From contig JBFWVI010000001.1 of assembly GCA_050246815.1 (NCBI GenBank), forward strand, positions 35,433 to 99,432: a stretch of DNA of 64,000 nucleotides, given 5' to 3'. The notes under the pieces were generated by a model. It did no database searches and was not told where the DNA came from. It was given only the letters and a program-made list of their open reading frames with translations. Of this stretch, positions 10,980-20,605 are shown piece by piece. Each line of letters opens with the position of its first letter. Positions within the stretch are counted from its first letter, which is position 1. This DNA comes from Bdellovibrionales bacterium (lineage in GTDB: Bacteria; Bdellovibrionota; Bdellovibrionia; Bdellovibrionales; UBA1609). The position numbers and the translations under genes are program-made.

Positions 10980-11531
10980 TTATTCTTTTTTCGCTTCAGC
11001 CAAAACTTTGACTTTGATGTCTTCAGCCACTGTGACGCCTTTCCAGTTCGGCACGCCGATGCCCGGGTAGTCTGACAGCTTCACCACAAATTCGGCTTCC
11101 ACCTTGGTCGTGCCACCATCTTCTTTTAAGGTGGCGGTGCCTTTGACCGGTTTGGTCTCTTCTTTAATTTTGAGAGTGCCGGTAAAGGGAAAGCTTTTGC
11201 TGGTGTCGGCCGGTTTTTTGAAATCTGTCAGTTTAAGTTCCGCGGTGGGGTACTTGGCGGTCTCAAGATATTTGTCGCGCATGTGTCCATCGCGCAGGCT
11301 GATCCCAGTGCCCAAGGTCGCCAATTGAAACTGCAGTTGGCCACTGATGGTATTGTCTTTTTCGGTCAATTCACCGCCGACGCCTTTGCCTTCGCCTTTG
11401 ATGGACATCAATGCAGGTTTTCCTTTGGCGGCAAAACTCACCTGTCCTTTTTCAGGATTGAATTTGTAAGCCGCGGCCAGGGTTGTGGTGGGCAATGCGA
11501 TTAAAAGTAGAATCGCGATTTTTTTTGTCAT
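10980..11531 (-). CDS. YceI family periplasmic protein
   Basis: signal peptide from MTKKIA; TGISLRDGHM...YLETAKYP and GTLKIK motifs. Confidence 0.9.
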   Translation of the reverse strand: MTKKIAILLLIALPTTTLAAAYKFNPEKGQVSFAAKGKPALMSIKGEGKGVGGELTEKDNTISGQLQFQLATLGTGISLRDGHMRDKYLETAKYPTAELKLTDFKKPADTSKSFPFTGTLKIKEETKPVKGTATLKEDGGTTKVEAEFVVKLSDYPGIGVPNWKGVTVAEDIKVKVLAEAKKE

Positions 11532-12187
11532 GGGTGGTCTCCTTTTTTGCTCATGGTTTCGGGGGCTCCGTCTAAGATCCACTGCAGCAGAAGTTTTTTT
11601 TCTTCGTCAGGCAACGGATCCGCTTCTTTTTCAAGGGGTGGCATTTTGCCGCTTTCAACCATCTGGGTGATTTTGGGCAACTGGCTGACAATATCGGCAT
11701 AGGTGTTCAAGGTGGTGAAATCATTTTCGACTTCGGCGAACTCATGGCATCCCAAGCAGTAGGGCTCAAACACGCGCTGGCGCAGTAGTTCGTAATTGAG
11801 TTCGGCAGGCGCGGTGGGGGGCGGCACAATCACGGGTGGAGGCTCGGTCGGGTCGACCTTACGCCCCGGGGGCTTTACGGGGGCCCCTATTTCGAGCCAG
11901 CGCACCAGCAGGGCCCTTTGCTCTAGCGGCATAGAGCGGTTTTTGGGCATCCGCCCGGTCAACACAGACCTTCGTATCGCGCCAGCGCGCGCGGTGACGG
12001 CCTTGTGGTTACGAACCCAGCCATGGCAACGCACGCAATTTGGAATTAACACCTGGGCACGAATTTCCTCAAAGCCAGTTTCAGCCAATTTTTCTTGGGG
12101 TACAGAGGGCAGTTTTATGAATTTCAGGCGGGAGCCATCACAAGAAACCAGTAAGAATAAGGCGATCAGAAAACCAATCTTGCCCAT
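11528..12187 (-). CDS. diheme cytochrome c lipoprotein
   Basis: lipobox LVSC; CVRCH and CLGCH each followed by G(R/K)MP and a Wxx(x)GAP-type end; Pro-rich linker. Confidence 0.85.
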   Translation of the reverse strand: MGKIGFLIALFLLVSCDGSRLKFIKLPSVPQEKLAETGFEEIRAQVLIPNCVRCHGWVRNHKAVTARAGAIRRSVLTGRMPKNRSMPLEQRALLVRWLEIGAPVKPPGRKVDPTEPPPVIVPPPTAPAELNYELLRQRVFEPYCLGCHEFAEVENDFTTLNTYADIVSQLPKITQMVESGKMPPLEKEADPLPDEEKKLLLQWILDGAPETMSKKGDHP

Positions 12188-12276
12188 AGGGGCAAGATAA
12201 CGATCTGGCCGGATTTACACAATCCAGCCAAAGTGCATAGCAACTATTCCAAAATGGAAAGGGAGGGGTCGGGAGA

Positions 12277-12399
12277 TTATTTCACGGCCACAAGGCGGGC
12301 CTGGCGGCGCAGTCTTAAGCGGGCTCGTTTTTGCCGTAAATTGACGTATTGAACAGACATTTGGCTTCGATTCGCGACGGCAACAATGATTGAGCCCAT
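12277..12399 (-). CDS. putative 40-aa basic small protein (not in ORF track)
   Basis: AGAGG RBS, ATG..TAA, MGSIIVAVANRSQMSVQYVNLRQKRARLRLRRQARLVAVK. Confidence 0.45.
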   Translation of the reverse strand: MGSIIVAVANRSQMSVQYVNLRQKRARLRLRRQARLVAVK

Positions 12400-12573
12400 G
12401 CTTTTTACCTCTTAAGCTTATGGCCTGAATGGCTCTATCCTACGCTGATGAATGCGCAGCGTCAATAGTGAGACTCCCGGCACGATAGAATTTCGGTTGC
12501 GGCTCGTCCCAGCTTAAGTCGGAAAAAATCAATTTGGGGGGGGCCTATTAGCAAGGTCCCAAAATGATTCGCC

Positions 12574-12984
12574 TTAAGTGGGAAGGCCGACTGCGTGGCG
12601 AAACTGCGGGGTGGGGCTGATCAACTTGCGCGCTTTTAAGTCAAACATGGCAAAGGTGAATTTGGCCCAGCAGGCCACCTCACCCTTCGCGTTGATCATT
12701 TGCTGCTCGATCACTGCCACGCTGCCCGTGAAGGGAGTGGACCAGCTTTTAATTACAATCTGTTCGCGGTTTTTAAGCTCTTTTTGAAATTTCATTTCAA
12801 TGCCCAGAATCACCGGCCCGGTTTGGGTCTCTTTGACATGTTTCAGTCCAAAGCCTCGGTTGGTGATGATGTCCCAGCGGGCCTCTTCAAAGATCTGTAA
12901 ATAGGCCGCATTGTTGACGTGGCCGAAGGTGTCCAGGTGGACTTCGCGAATCAAAAAGGGATATTCAAAAATCTCAGGGTTCAT
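12574..12984 (-). CDS. acyl-CoA thioesterase (4HBT/YbgC hotdog fold)
   Basis: DTFGHVNNAAYLQIFEEAR motif. Confidence 0.9.
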   Translation of the reverse strand: MNPEIFEYPFLIREVHLDTFGHVNNAAYLQIFEEARWDIITNRGFGLKHVKETQTGPVILGIEMKFQKELKNREQIVIKSWSTPFTGSVAVIEQQMINAKGEVACWAKFTFAMFDLKARKLISPTPQFRHAVGLPT

Positions 12985-14016
12985 TTACACCACCAAACTG
13001 CGCTGCTCGGGGCGTCCCATGGCCAGCACGAAAGGGTTTTGGTTTTGACGTTCGGTAAAATCGGCTTTGGATTTCATTTCAAACCAGTCGTTTTGGATCA
13101 AAATCTGACCCACGGCTCCGCCCAAAGAGCTGCCCGGGCCCAATAGCACCACATGATCAGGACAAAATTCTTTTAGGCCCACCGTGATGGCGGCTGTGAA
13201 GTCATAAGGTGCCACCACTTGATGGCCCAGGGTGTATTCGTAAAGCTTCGAAATTGAGGTTGAGTAGGGTTGCCATATATTGCCCTGGCCATCGATCAGC
13301 GGGATTTTAGGCCGTTGAAAAAGACTTTCCGGTAGCCTTTCAAAAGCGCGCTGACTTGTTTCTTGCAAAAGTGGGGTATGAAACGCGGCATGGTTGATCA
13401 GCTGAAACGGGTAATTTTCCACTTGAGGTAATTCTTTAAGTAAGGCCGCAACACCTGCGCGGTTAGCGCCCAAGACGATAAATCCGCCCAAATAAATCGA
13501 GATGTAAACTTCATGGCCGTCGCGGGCCTTGATGTCGGCGACCACGCGTTCCACCAAAGCCATCTTTTCGGGGCTGGGCTGCCAGTTGTCCAAAGTCACA
13601 GGATAGATCACTTGGCCGCCGATGATCTCTTGTTTCATCATCGAACCCATGGTGTTGACCACTTCAAAACCCGAAGCCCAATCCAAAGCACCGCCAAAGG
13701 CCAGGGTCAGATACCAGCCCATGGAGTTGCCGGTCACCGCGACGATTTCATACTTATTACGGTTGATCGCCATAAAGTCGGCGTAGGCGCAGGCATAAAT
13801 CAAGCTTGAGGCATGCTCGCCCTTAGTGTGCACCTGGGGTTTAAAAACTTCAGCACCATCTAAGGTCGAGATGGTGGGCTCATCAAGATCGCGGCGGCGT
13901 TGGTCGATATCGGCCAAAAAATCCTGAACGTGAGCGCCGTGCTGGCGCAAATAGCCCAAAGTCTCTTTGGTGTACGTTCCGCGTCCTGGGCAAACCACTA
14001 CAATTCGTTTTTTCAC
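12985..14016 (-). CDS. FabD-like acyltransferase
   Basis: PGRG, GNSMG nucleophile elbow, AAFHTP, LGPG. Confidence 0.85.
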   Translation of the reverse strand: MKKRIVVVCPGRGTYTKETLGYLRQHGAHVQDFLADIDQRRRDLDEPTISTLDGAEVFKPQVHTKGEHASSLIYACAYADFMAINRNKYEIVAVTGNSMGWYLTLAFGGALDWASGFEVVNTMGSMMKQEIIGGQVIYPVTLDNWQPSPEKMALVERVVADIKARDGHEVYISIYLGGFIVLGANRAGVAALLKELPQVENYPFQLINHAAFHTPLLQETSQRAFERLPESLFQRPKIPLIDGQGNIWQPYSTSISKLYEYTLGHQVVAPYDFTAAITVGLKEFCPDHVVLLGPGSSLGGAVGQILIQNDWFEMKSKADFTERQNQNPFVLAMGRPEQRSLVV

Positions 14017-14024
14017 CGTCGCCT

Positions 14025-16268
14025 CTAAAGTCGATTCATCAGTTGCAAAGCGCCCCGCACGATGTCGTCACGGCTGGGCAAACCCGCGGCAGCCGCTTTA
14101 CCCAAGGGGATAAAACAGTCGTCGGCTGCGATAATTTTAATTCGCGGCACGGGGTCCATGTTTTCGGCCATCAGGCCGGCTAAAAATTCACTTAAACTGC
14201 CGGTTTTCCGACACTCATCCACGATCAATACTTTTTTGCTTTCACCGATTTCGGCTAGCAGCTTTTCTTTGTCGATCGGGGCGATCCAACGCAGGTCGAT
14301 GATTTTGGCTTTAAGATTATGTTTTTCTTCCAGGATCTTGGCGGCCTGGCGCGAATAATAATAGCCATTGCCATAAGTGACGATGGTGAAATCGCCCTCG
14401 TCGCCTTGAACGCCAAATTGCCCCGCTTCGATGGTTTCGTTTTCTTTCGGATAATGAAAGGTCCAAAGCTTGTCATTGGCTTCGTGCAGGTCGCGGGTCA
14501 TGTAAAGCGCGATGGGTTCAACAAACACCACCACGCGGCCCTGTTCCCAGGCCAGCTTGGTGCAGGTACGCCACATTTTGACGGCGTCCTCTCCGTTTGA
14601 TGGGGTCGCCACGATCAAGCCCGGGATATCGCGGAAAATCGCCAATGAGTTGTCATTATGAAAATGCCCGCCAAAGCCTTTTTGATAGGGAAGGCCGGCG
14701 ATTCGCACCACCATGCCATTGGTGAATTGCCCTTGCGAGAAAAACGCCAGGGTCGCGGCCTCACCGCGCAATTGATCTTCAGCATTGTGCACGTAGGCCA
14801 AGAACTGAATTTCAGGGATCGGCAAAAAGCCATTGTGGGCAAAGCCGATCGCTGTACCTAAAATGGTCTGCTCATCCAGGGGTGAGTTAAACACACGGCG
14901 CGGGCCAAAGCGTTTCCAAAGGCCATCGCTGACATTGTACACACCGCCTTTTTGCGCCACATCCTCGCCAAACACCACCGCTCCCGGATAGCGGGCCAGG
15001 GTTTCGTGCAAAGCCATATTGATCAATTTGGCCAAATGAAGTGGCTGCTGAAGTTTGGGCCACTCTTTACCAAAGACTTCATTCATCACCGGCTCGCCCA
15101 CGGGGGGTGGAGAGGCTTTGGGGAGGCGGCACTCCAAAAGACTGGCGCGCACTTCCTCGGGTTTTAAAAGTTTCGGCCTGGTTTTGGCGTATTCGCCAAT
15201 GGCCGCCACGCGCGATTCCACGCTCTTGTAAATGCCAATGAGATCTTCTGGGGTGGCCACGCCATGCTCAATTAAAATCCGCGCCGAGTGAAGCAAGGGG
15301 TCGTTGAACTCTTTGGCTTCGATGTCGCTTAAAGTGCTGTACGAAGTTTCCATGTCGCTGCCGGCGTGGCCTAGCAAACGCACGGTTTTCATGTGTAAGA
15401 ACACCGGCTTTTTACGACTGCGGGCAAAACGCTCAGCTTCGCGCGACTTTAAAACTAAGTCGCACAAATTTAAGCCATCGCAAGAAATGTAGTGAAGGCC
15501 CGGGCGCTCACTGTACTGAGACTCAAGCCAATTCTCGGGCGTGCGCACCGAAATGCCGATGCCGTTGTCTTCGCAAATGAAGACCAGCGGTAAAGCCACG
15601 TTTTGGTGGCTCACCCAGAGGGCTGAGTTGATGGCCCCCACCGCGGTGGAGTGGTTGGTTGAAGCGTCGCCAAAAGTACAAAGCGCCACAGCGTCGGCGG
15701 GCATGACTGCGGTTTCTAATTTTAAGTCCCGGGCGCGGCCAATCGAAAGGGCGGCCCCAATGGCTTTGGGCAAGTGCGAGGCAATCGTGCTGGTCTGCGG
15801 TGGAACCATCAAAGGGTAACTGCCAAAGACTTTGTGCCGACCGCCGGCGATGGGGTCATCCGCCGAGGCCACAAAAGACAACATCGTTTCATAAAGGGGG
15901 GTGGCCCCAGGCAGCTGTTTGGCCCGCTGAATCATAAAAGCACAGCTGCGATAGTGCACAAAAGCCATGTCGGTTAGGCGAAAGGTTTTGCCCCAAACCG
16001 CATTACCTTCGTGGCCGCTGCTGCCAATGGTGTAAAAGCACTCGCCTTTTTCTTTTAAAATGCGAGCACGCAGGTCCATTTGTCGACTCATGACCTGGGT
16101 TTCAAACAGGTCCATCAGCTCACTGGCACTTAAAGCGGCGTCGGCGGCCGTGGTTTGGCTTCGAGCGTCGGGAAAGCGCCCCTCGCGGACGAATTTCACA
16201 AAGTTCTGATCAATGACTTCAGCACGGTTGTACATGGCAGTGGCGAGATTACTGCTGATCGGGCTCAA
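14025..16268 (-). CDS. fused alpha/beta E1 2-oxoacid dehydrogenase (TPP-dependent)
   Basis: GHEG, HYR, GDA...EDN TPP motif, FGEDV..GGV, EIQFLAY, IDLRWI; start may be 16235. Confidence 0.9.
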   Translation of the reverse strand: MSPISSNLATAMYNRAEVIDQNFVKFVREGRFPDARSQTTAADAALSASELMDLFETQVMSRQMDLRARILKEKGECFYTIGSSGHEGNAVWGKTFRLTDMAFVHYRSCAFMIQRAKQLPGATPLYETMLSFVASADDPIAGGRHKVFGSYPLMVPPQTSTIASHLPKAIGAALSIGRARDLKLETAVMPADAVALCTFGDASTNHSTAVGAINSALWVSHQNVALPLVFICEDNGIGISVRTPENWLESQYSERPGLHYISCDGLNLCDLVLKSREAERFARSRKKPVFLHMKTVRLLGHAGSDMETSYSTLSDIEAKEFNDPLLHSARILIEHGVATPEDLIGIYKSVESRVAAIGEYAKTRPKLLKPEEVRASLLECRLPKASPPPVGEPVMNEVFGKEWPKLQQPLHLAKLINMALHETLARYPGAVVFGEDVAQKGGVYNVSDGLWKRFGPRRVFNSPLDEQTILGTAIGFAHNGFLPIPEIQFLAYVHNAEDQLRGEAATLAFFSQGQFTNGMVVRIAGLPYQKGFGGHFHNDNSLAIFRDIPGLIVATPSNGEDAVKMWRTCTKLAWEQGRVVVFVEPIALYMTRDLHEANDKLWTFHYPKENETIEAGQFGVQGDEGDFTIVTYGNGYYYSRQAAKILEEKHNLKAKIIDLRWIAPIDKEKLLAEIGESKKVLIVDECRKTGSLSEFLAGLMAENMDPVPRIKIIAADDCFIPLGKAAAAGLPSRDDIVRGALQLMNRL

Positions 16269-16329
16269 GTTGCAAGAGGCCAGAAAGCTATGTTACCAAT
16301 TACATCTCTCAACTTTTAAGAGGTGCATC

Positions 16330-17496
16330 ATGGCCTACCAATCCTTGAACTACATGGGTGAAGACTCGCTATTGACCAGCGAAGAATTGATGGTCCGCGA
16401 CAGCGTGCGGGAATTTGTCGAAAGCGACGTGATCCCGGTTCTTCAACAGGCCAATCGCGAAGAAAAATTTCCGATGCAGTTAATCCCCCGTTTTGGCGAG
16501 ATGGGTCTTTTGGGCTCGACCATTCAAGGCTACGGCTGTGCGGGATTGGGGCATGTGGCTTATGGCTTGGCAACTATGGAGCTTGAGCGTGGTGATTCAG
16601 GTATTCGCTCGTTTTGCTCTGTGCAAAGCTCGCTGGTGATGTTTCCCATTCATGCTTATGGATCCGAAGCGCAAAAAGACAAATATTTGCCCAAGCTGGC
16701 TCGCGCGGAACTAATTGGCTGTTTTGGTTTGACCGAACCCGACGCAGGTTCAAACCCCGGCGGGATGCTGACCAAGGCCGAAAAGGTCAAAGGCGGCTAC
16801 AAACTGAACGGCAATAAAATGTGGATCACCAACGGTTGTATCTCAGATATCGCCGTGGTGTGGGCGCGCTGCGAAGGTAAAATCCGGGGCTTTATTTTAG
16901 AAAAGGGCATGGAAGGTTTCACGACCTCGACCATGAAGGGCAAATTTTCTTTGCGGGTGAGTGTGACTTCCGAGTTGCACATGAAGGACGTATTTGTGCC
17001 CGAAGAAAATATGCTCCCTAAAGCCGAAGGTCTTAAGGCTCCGTTGAGCTGCTTGTCGCAAGCCCGCTACGGCATTGCTTGGGGCGTGCTGGGCGCGGCC
17101 AACGCCTGCTACGACACCGCATTAAACTACGCCAAGGACCGTGTGATTTTTGATGGCAAACCCTTGGCGGCTTATCAATTGGCACAGGCCAAGCTGGTCA
17201 AGATGGTGCAAGAAATCACCAAAGGTAAACTTTTGGTGATCCAAATGGGTCGCTTAAAAGAGGCCGGCAAAATTCAGCCCTACCATGTCTCTTTGGCCAA
17301 AATGAACAATTGTAAAATTGCTTTAGAGGTCGCCCGCGAAGCGCGCGACATGCTGGGCGGCAACGGGATCATCGACGAGTATCCGGTGATTCGCCACATG
17401 ATGAATTTGGAAACGGTGAACACCTATGAGGGCACCGAAGACATTCATCGCTTGGTGGTCGGTCAAGAGATTACCGGGATCGCGGCGTTCCGTTAG
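16330..17496 (+). CDS. gcdH: glutaryl-CoA dehydrogenase
   Basis: ERGDSGIRS..SVQSSLVM, GCFGLTEP, ARYGIAWG, NLETVNTYEGT. Confidence 0.88.
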   Translation: MAYQSLNYMGEDSLLTSEELMVRDSVREFVESDVIPVLQQANREEKFPMQLIPRFGEMGLLGSTIQGYGCAGLGHVAYGLATMELERGDSGIRSFCSVQSSLVMFPIHAYGSEAQKDKYLPKLARAELIGCFGLTEPDAGSNPGGMLTKAEKVKGGYKLNGNKMWITNGCISDIAVVWARCEGKIRGFILEKGMEGFTTSTMKGKFSLRVSVTSELHMKDVFVPEENMLPKAEGLKAPLSCLSQARYGIAWGVLGAANACYDTALNYAKDRVIFDGKPLAAYQLAQAKLVKMVQEITKGKLLVIQMGRLKEAGKIQPYHVSLAKMNNCKIALEVAREARDMLGGNGIIDEYPVIRHMMNLETVNTYEGTEDIHRLVVGQEITGIAAFR

Positions 17497-17788
17497 AGCA
17501 AGATAGACTCCAGGCGGATCGCCGATCACTTCGAAATCAGAAGAACAGTTTTTAAGATTTTTTCAGTCGTCGCCGGATTCGAGCTTTTGTTCTTTCGGCT
17601 GCCAATTTTACGCGCAAGTTCCAGGACTCGCAATCGCCCCGGCCGGTCAATCGCTTGTGACGGCACTTTTCTTTTATTTCTTCGCGCGGAGAAAAGGTTG
17701 CTGCATAAAGAGAGCCGAGTTCTGCGGCGGAGGTCATGAGAACTGTATTCGAGACGGTTGGCTGATGCAAGACCGCGCTAGATCTTGC

Positions 17789-18649
17789 TTAGAATGGGAA
17801 AAATAATTTTCCGAAGATTGAAAGCATATGGCCAATTTCACGAATCAATTCTGGTCCCACGGTTATTGCCACGTATCCGATCCAGAGGACTCCGCCGGTC
17901 CACACTACATTCTGGCCGATTCGAATTGTCTTTTCGACGCCATTTTCCGTTGCGGTGACCTTCAAAACTTTTATCATAAAATCACTTTTTGTGACGTCAC
18001 CAACAATTAATATTTGATCTGTTTGGGCGTTCGAGTTTTCCACCAAACTTCTAATAATGTCTTTGGATTGATCAAAAAAATCGTGATCAGTTCGAATGGG
18101 GCAATCAAGGCCTGTCTGCGCGCAATTTAAGATGTGGCTGATGCGAGCGTTATTGTAGCTGCCAAAGCTTTTAAATTCGAAATTTGTCCATCGCCCAGGA
18201 TTAAAGCTTGCAGCCAAAGATGCGGCGATCTCAGGGGTCTTCTGAAATTTAAATGCCAAACCGCTGGGCAATCGTGTGGCCTCCGTGACCTGCAAATAGG
18301 CGAGGGGGGGTGCCGAGCTCTGGATCAGGAGTGCAATATTTCGCCAGTCATCCTTTGCGGAAACCGCTGGCGCTTCAAAGTCCTCGCCGTGAGCCGCCAA
18401 AATTTTTCCATCCGCGATGATATACATTTTGCCATCGGTATTGAAGCCAACAACAACGTCACCAGGTTCAAGTAGCTCACTTACTTTCGGATTTTCGGCC
18501 TTAATTAACGCAAGATCGCATACTTTAGGATTAGTTCCTGCGGCTGGCTGGGGGGCCGCAAAGGATTGGCTCACAAGGGTATTCGCGGCCATTAGACAAA
18601 TACCAAAGCGGAAAGTATTTCTTTTTAGTGAGCTTGTGATGCTTCTCAT
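17789..18649 (-). CDS. hypothetical secreted/membrane-anchored protein
   Basis: GAGGG RBS before MRSITSS, signal peptide, hydrophobic C-terminal segment. Confidence 0.6.
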   Translation of the reverse strand: MRSITSSLKRNTFRFGICLMAANTLVSQSFAAPQPAAGTNPKVCDLALIKAENPKVSELLEPGDVVVGFNTDGKMYIIADGKILAAHGEDFEAPAVSAKDDWRNIALLIQSSAPPLAYLQVTEATRLPSGLAFKFQKTPEIAASLAASFNPGRWTNFEFKSFGSYNNARISHILNCAQTGLDCPIRTDHDFFDQSKDIIRSLVENSNAQTDQILIVGDVTKSDFMIKVLKVTATENGVEKTIRIGQNVVWTGGVLWIGYVAITVGPELIREIGHMLSIFGKLFFPF

Positions 18650-18713
18650 TGAGTTTCCCTCTTGGTCTATCAAATAAAATTAATTAACGTCCATTTCGCG
18701 CAGAGCCACTTTA

Positions 18714-19055
18714 TCAAGGCTTGTGTTCCAGAACGATTTTTTCTGTCTCAGCGCCGCCGCGCGCGCATTCGATTTTCAGATTGATTTTGTCTGCCGTGAT
18801 CAATTCGGCCAGCTGCTCGGGAGATAAACCAACTGATTGGATTGCTTGACTTGAAATAAATAAAGTCGGCTTTCCTTCGGCTGCCGTTTCAACGACCAGC
18901 ATTTGTTCTTTCGAAAGACCTAGAACCTTTGTGATGGTCGTGCCGTCGCCGTAATAAACACATTTGTTCAGAGGTATTAAGGCAACATCCGCTGCTGAAT
19001 TTGTGGCTGCAAGGCTGAGGACAAAAGCGACGAATGTAGAGATTGGATTTATCAT
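18714..19055 (-). CDS. small hypothetical secreted protein
   Basis: GAGGTG RBS, signal peptide, two Cys. Confidence 0.65.
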   Translation of the reverse strand: MINPISTFVAFVLSLAATNSAADVALIPLNKCVYYGDGTTITKVLGLSKEQMLVVETAAEGKPTLFISSQAIQSVGLSPEQLAELITADKINLKIECARGGAETEKIVLEHKP

Positions 19056-19140
19056 TTTTTCACCTCTGTGCGAGTTTTAGTCACTGCACCCGCAAGTCAT
19101 TCAACGTGAGAGGGCAATGAGTCATGAGAAGCTGCAGACT

Positions 19141-19156
19141 TGCAAAGCGCAAGCCA
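19141..19156 (-). promoter_or_regulatory. sigma54-like -24/-12 promoter
   Basis: TGGCTTGCGCTTTGCA upstream of the 113-aa gene. Confidence 0.5.
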
Positions 19157-19203
19157 GTGAAGTCGCGCGTGATGGCGCTTAGGATGAAGGCGTCGGGTTT
19201 TGT

Positions 19204-20052
19204 TTACGGCTTCATGCAGTTCTCGCCTAGTGTTGCAGTCATGCCGGGTTTGATTTTGACTGAACACGTGCGAGTCTGATCAGATACCCGAATAAAATGC
19301 ACATCCACTTGATCCGCGGCTTGGGGGATGTCCAAACTGACCCAGTGCTGTGTCATGGGGGCCAAATAGCGCGTTTTGATTTGAAAGCCGTCTTCTTCAT
19401 AGTTCACCGGCGTTGACCGATTCACTTCGCGGCCCGATCCCGCCACAATCGCGTTGACCCCGCCAAAATCCACCAAGGTGCTGATGTGATCATGCCCCAA
19501 AAGAACGGCGGTTAAACGCTCGATGTTTTTCTTAAAGAAAGCACGCAGGCAGCGTTGAAACTTTTCTTTGCCACGCCAATCATGGCCGGCATTCAAATTA
19601 AAAGTGGGGTGGTGGTAAACCAAAAATACCAATTTTTCGGTGACTTTCTCAATCTCTTCATCAAGCCAAGCACATTGTAGCTCAGCATTTTCGACATTGT
19701 CAGAGTTCAGAACAAGAAAGCGCGCGCCATTTTTTTCAGTGGAAAAGAATTCGCCGGGCATACCAAAATAATGAATTTCATTTTGATAACCTTTGTGATG
19801 GTTGCCTAAGGCCACCACGTCAAAGCGAAAACCCTCTCTTTTCCAGCGATCCCAGGTCCAGTTGTAGCGGCCGAAGTACAGATTGTCGCCGGGCAAGATC
19901 AAGGATTGGACTCTTTCAAGCCCTATAGAATCGCGCAGGTTGTCCAGATCTGTGCCTGTTAAGCCAGCATCACCAATAACCGCCATTCTGGCATCGGCAA
20001 AAACCGACGGACTGCAAAGAATAAGTGATAGCCAAACAAGCAAACGCGCCAT
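19204..20052 (-). CDS. secreted calcineurin-like metallophosphoesterase
   Basis: GDAG, GDNLY, GNH, HHP, GHDH motifs; signal peptide from MARLLV. Confidence 0.9.
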   Translation of the reverse strand: MARLLVWLSLILCSPSVFADARMAVIGDAGLTGTDLDNLRDSIGLERVQSLILPGDNLYFGRYNWTWDRWKREGFRFDVVALGNHHKGYQNEIHYFGMPGEFFSTEKNGARFLVLNSDNVENAELQCAWLDEEIEKVTEKLVFLVYHHPTFNLNAGHDWRGKEKFQRCLRAFFKKNIERLTAVLLGHDHISTLVDFGGVNAIVAGSGREVNRSTPVNYEEDGFQIKTRYLAPMTQHWVSLDIPQAADQVDVHFIRVSDQTRTCSVKIKPGMTATLGENCMKP

Positions 20053-20149
20053 AACCCCTCCCCAGGAAGTCACCTCCAACTTCAGCGCGAGAGGACTTAG
20101 TTGTAAAGAGGAACTTAGACAGGATTTGGTTTGTTTAAAAAATGAAGAA

Positions 20150-20605
20150 CTATTTTCGCCCCTCAGTTTTGGGGCGTTTCACTTTCTTCTGGATTAAATG
20201 AGCACCCAGCACAAGCGGTAATGCCAGCCCAATCGCCCAATGTGCCAAGCTTGTCAGCTCCCGAAGTCGTTCATGAGAGACATAATAAAGCGCAACACCC
20301 GACAGCGACAAAAAAGCGTAAATCGCGTAAAGCGAAGCTCCGCTGCGGCGCTTATGCCGGCTGCGCCATTGCGGAATCACATGCAAGCCCGTCAAAGTGC
20401 CAAGTAAAAAAATCGAAAAGGCGGCCAGCCAACCATGCAGCTGTAAAACCTTGGCTTGTCCAGTCCAGCGCGAAGCGCCGAATTCATTTTCAAGGCGAAC
20501 CCAGTTTTCCAAAACCAGCCAAACCAGTCCGCTCAGCAAAAGGGCGATTAAAACGCCGACGGCGCTCCAGAGCCAAACTTTAAGGGATTTCGAGGTCTTT
20601 ACCAC
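20150..20605 (-). CDS. 4-TM membrane protein, probable b-type cytochrome (DUF4405-like)
   Basis: four hydrophobic helices with membrane His (LHGW, LHVI, AHWA, AHL). Confidence 0.6.
   Translation of the reverse strand: MVKTSKSLKVWLWSAVGVLIALLLSGLVWLVLENWVRLENEFGASRWTGQAKVLQLHGWLAAFSIFLLGTLTGLHVIPQWRSRHKRRSGASLYAIYAFLSLSGVALYYVSHERLRELTSLAHWAIGLALPLVLGAHLIQKKVKRPKTEGRK

Noticed and set aside
17552..17770. 72-aa ORF as a gene or transposase fragment
   Set aside because: No RBS, no recognisable motif; kept only as context for the possible element
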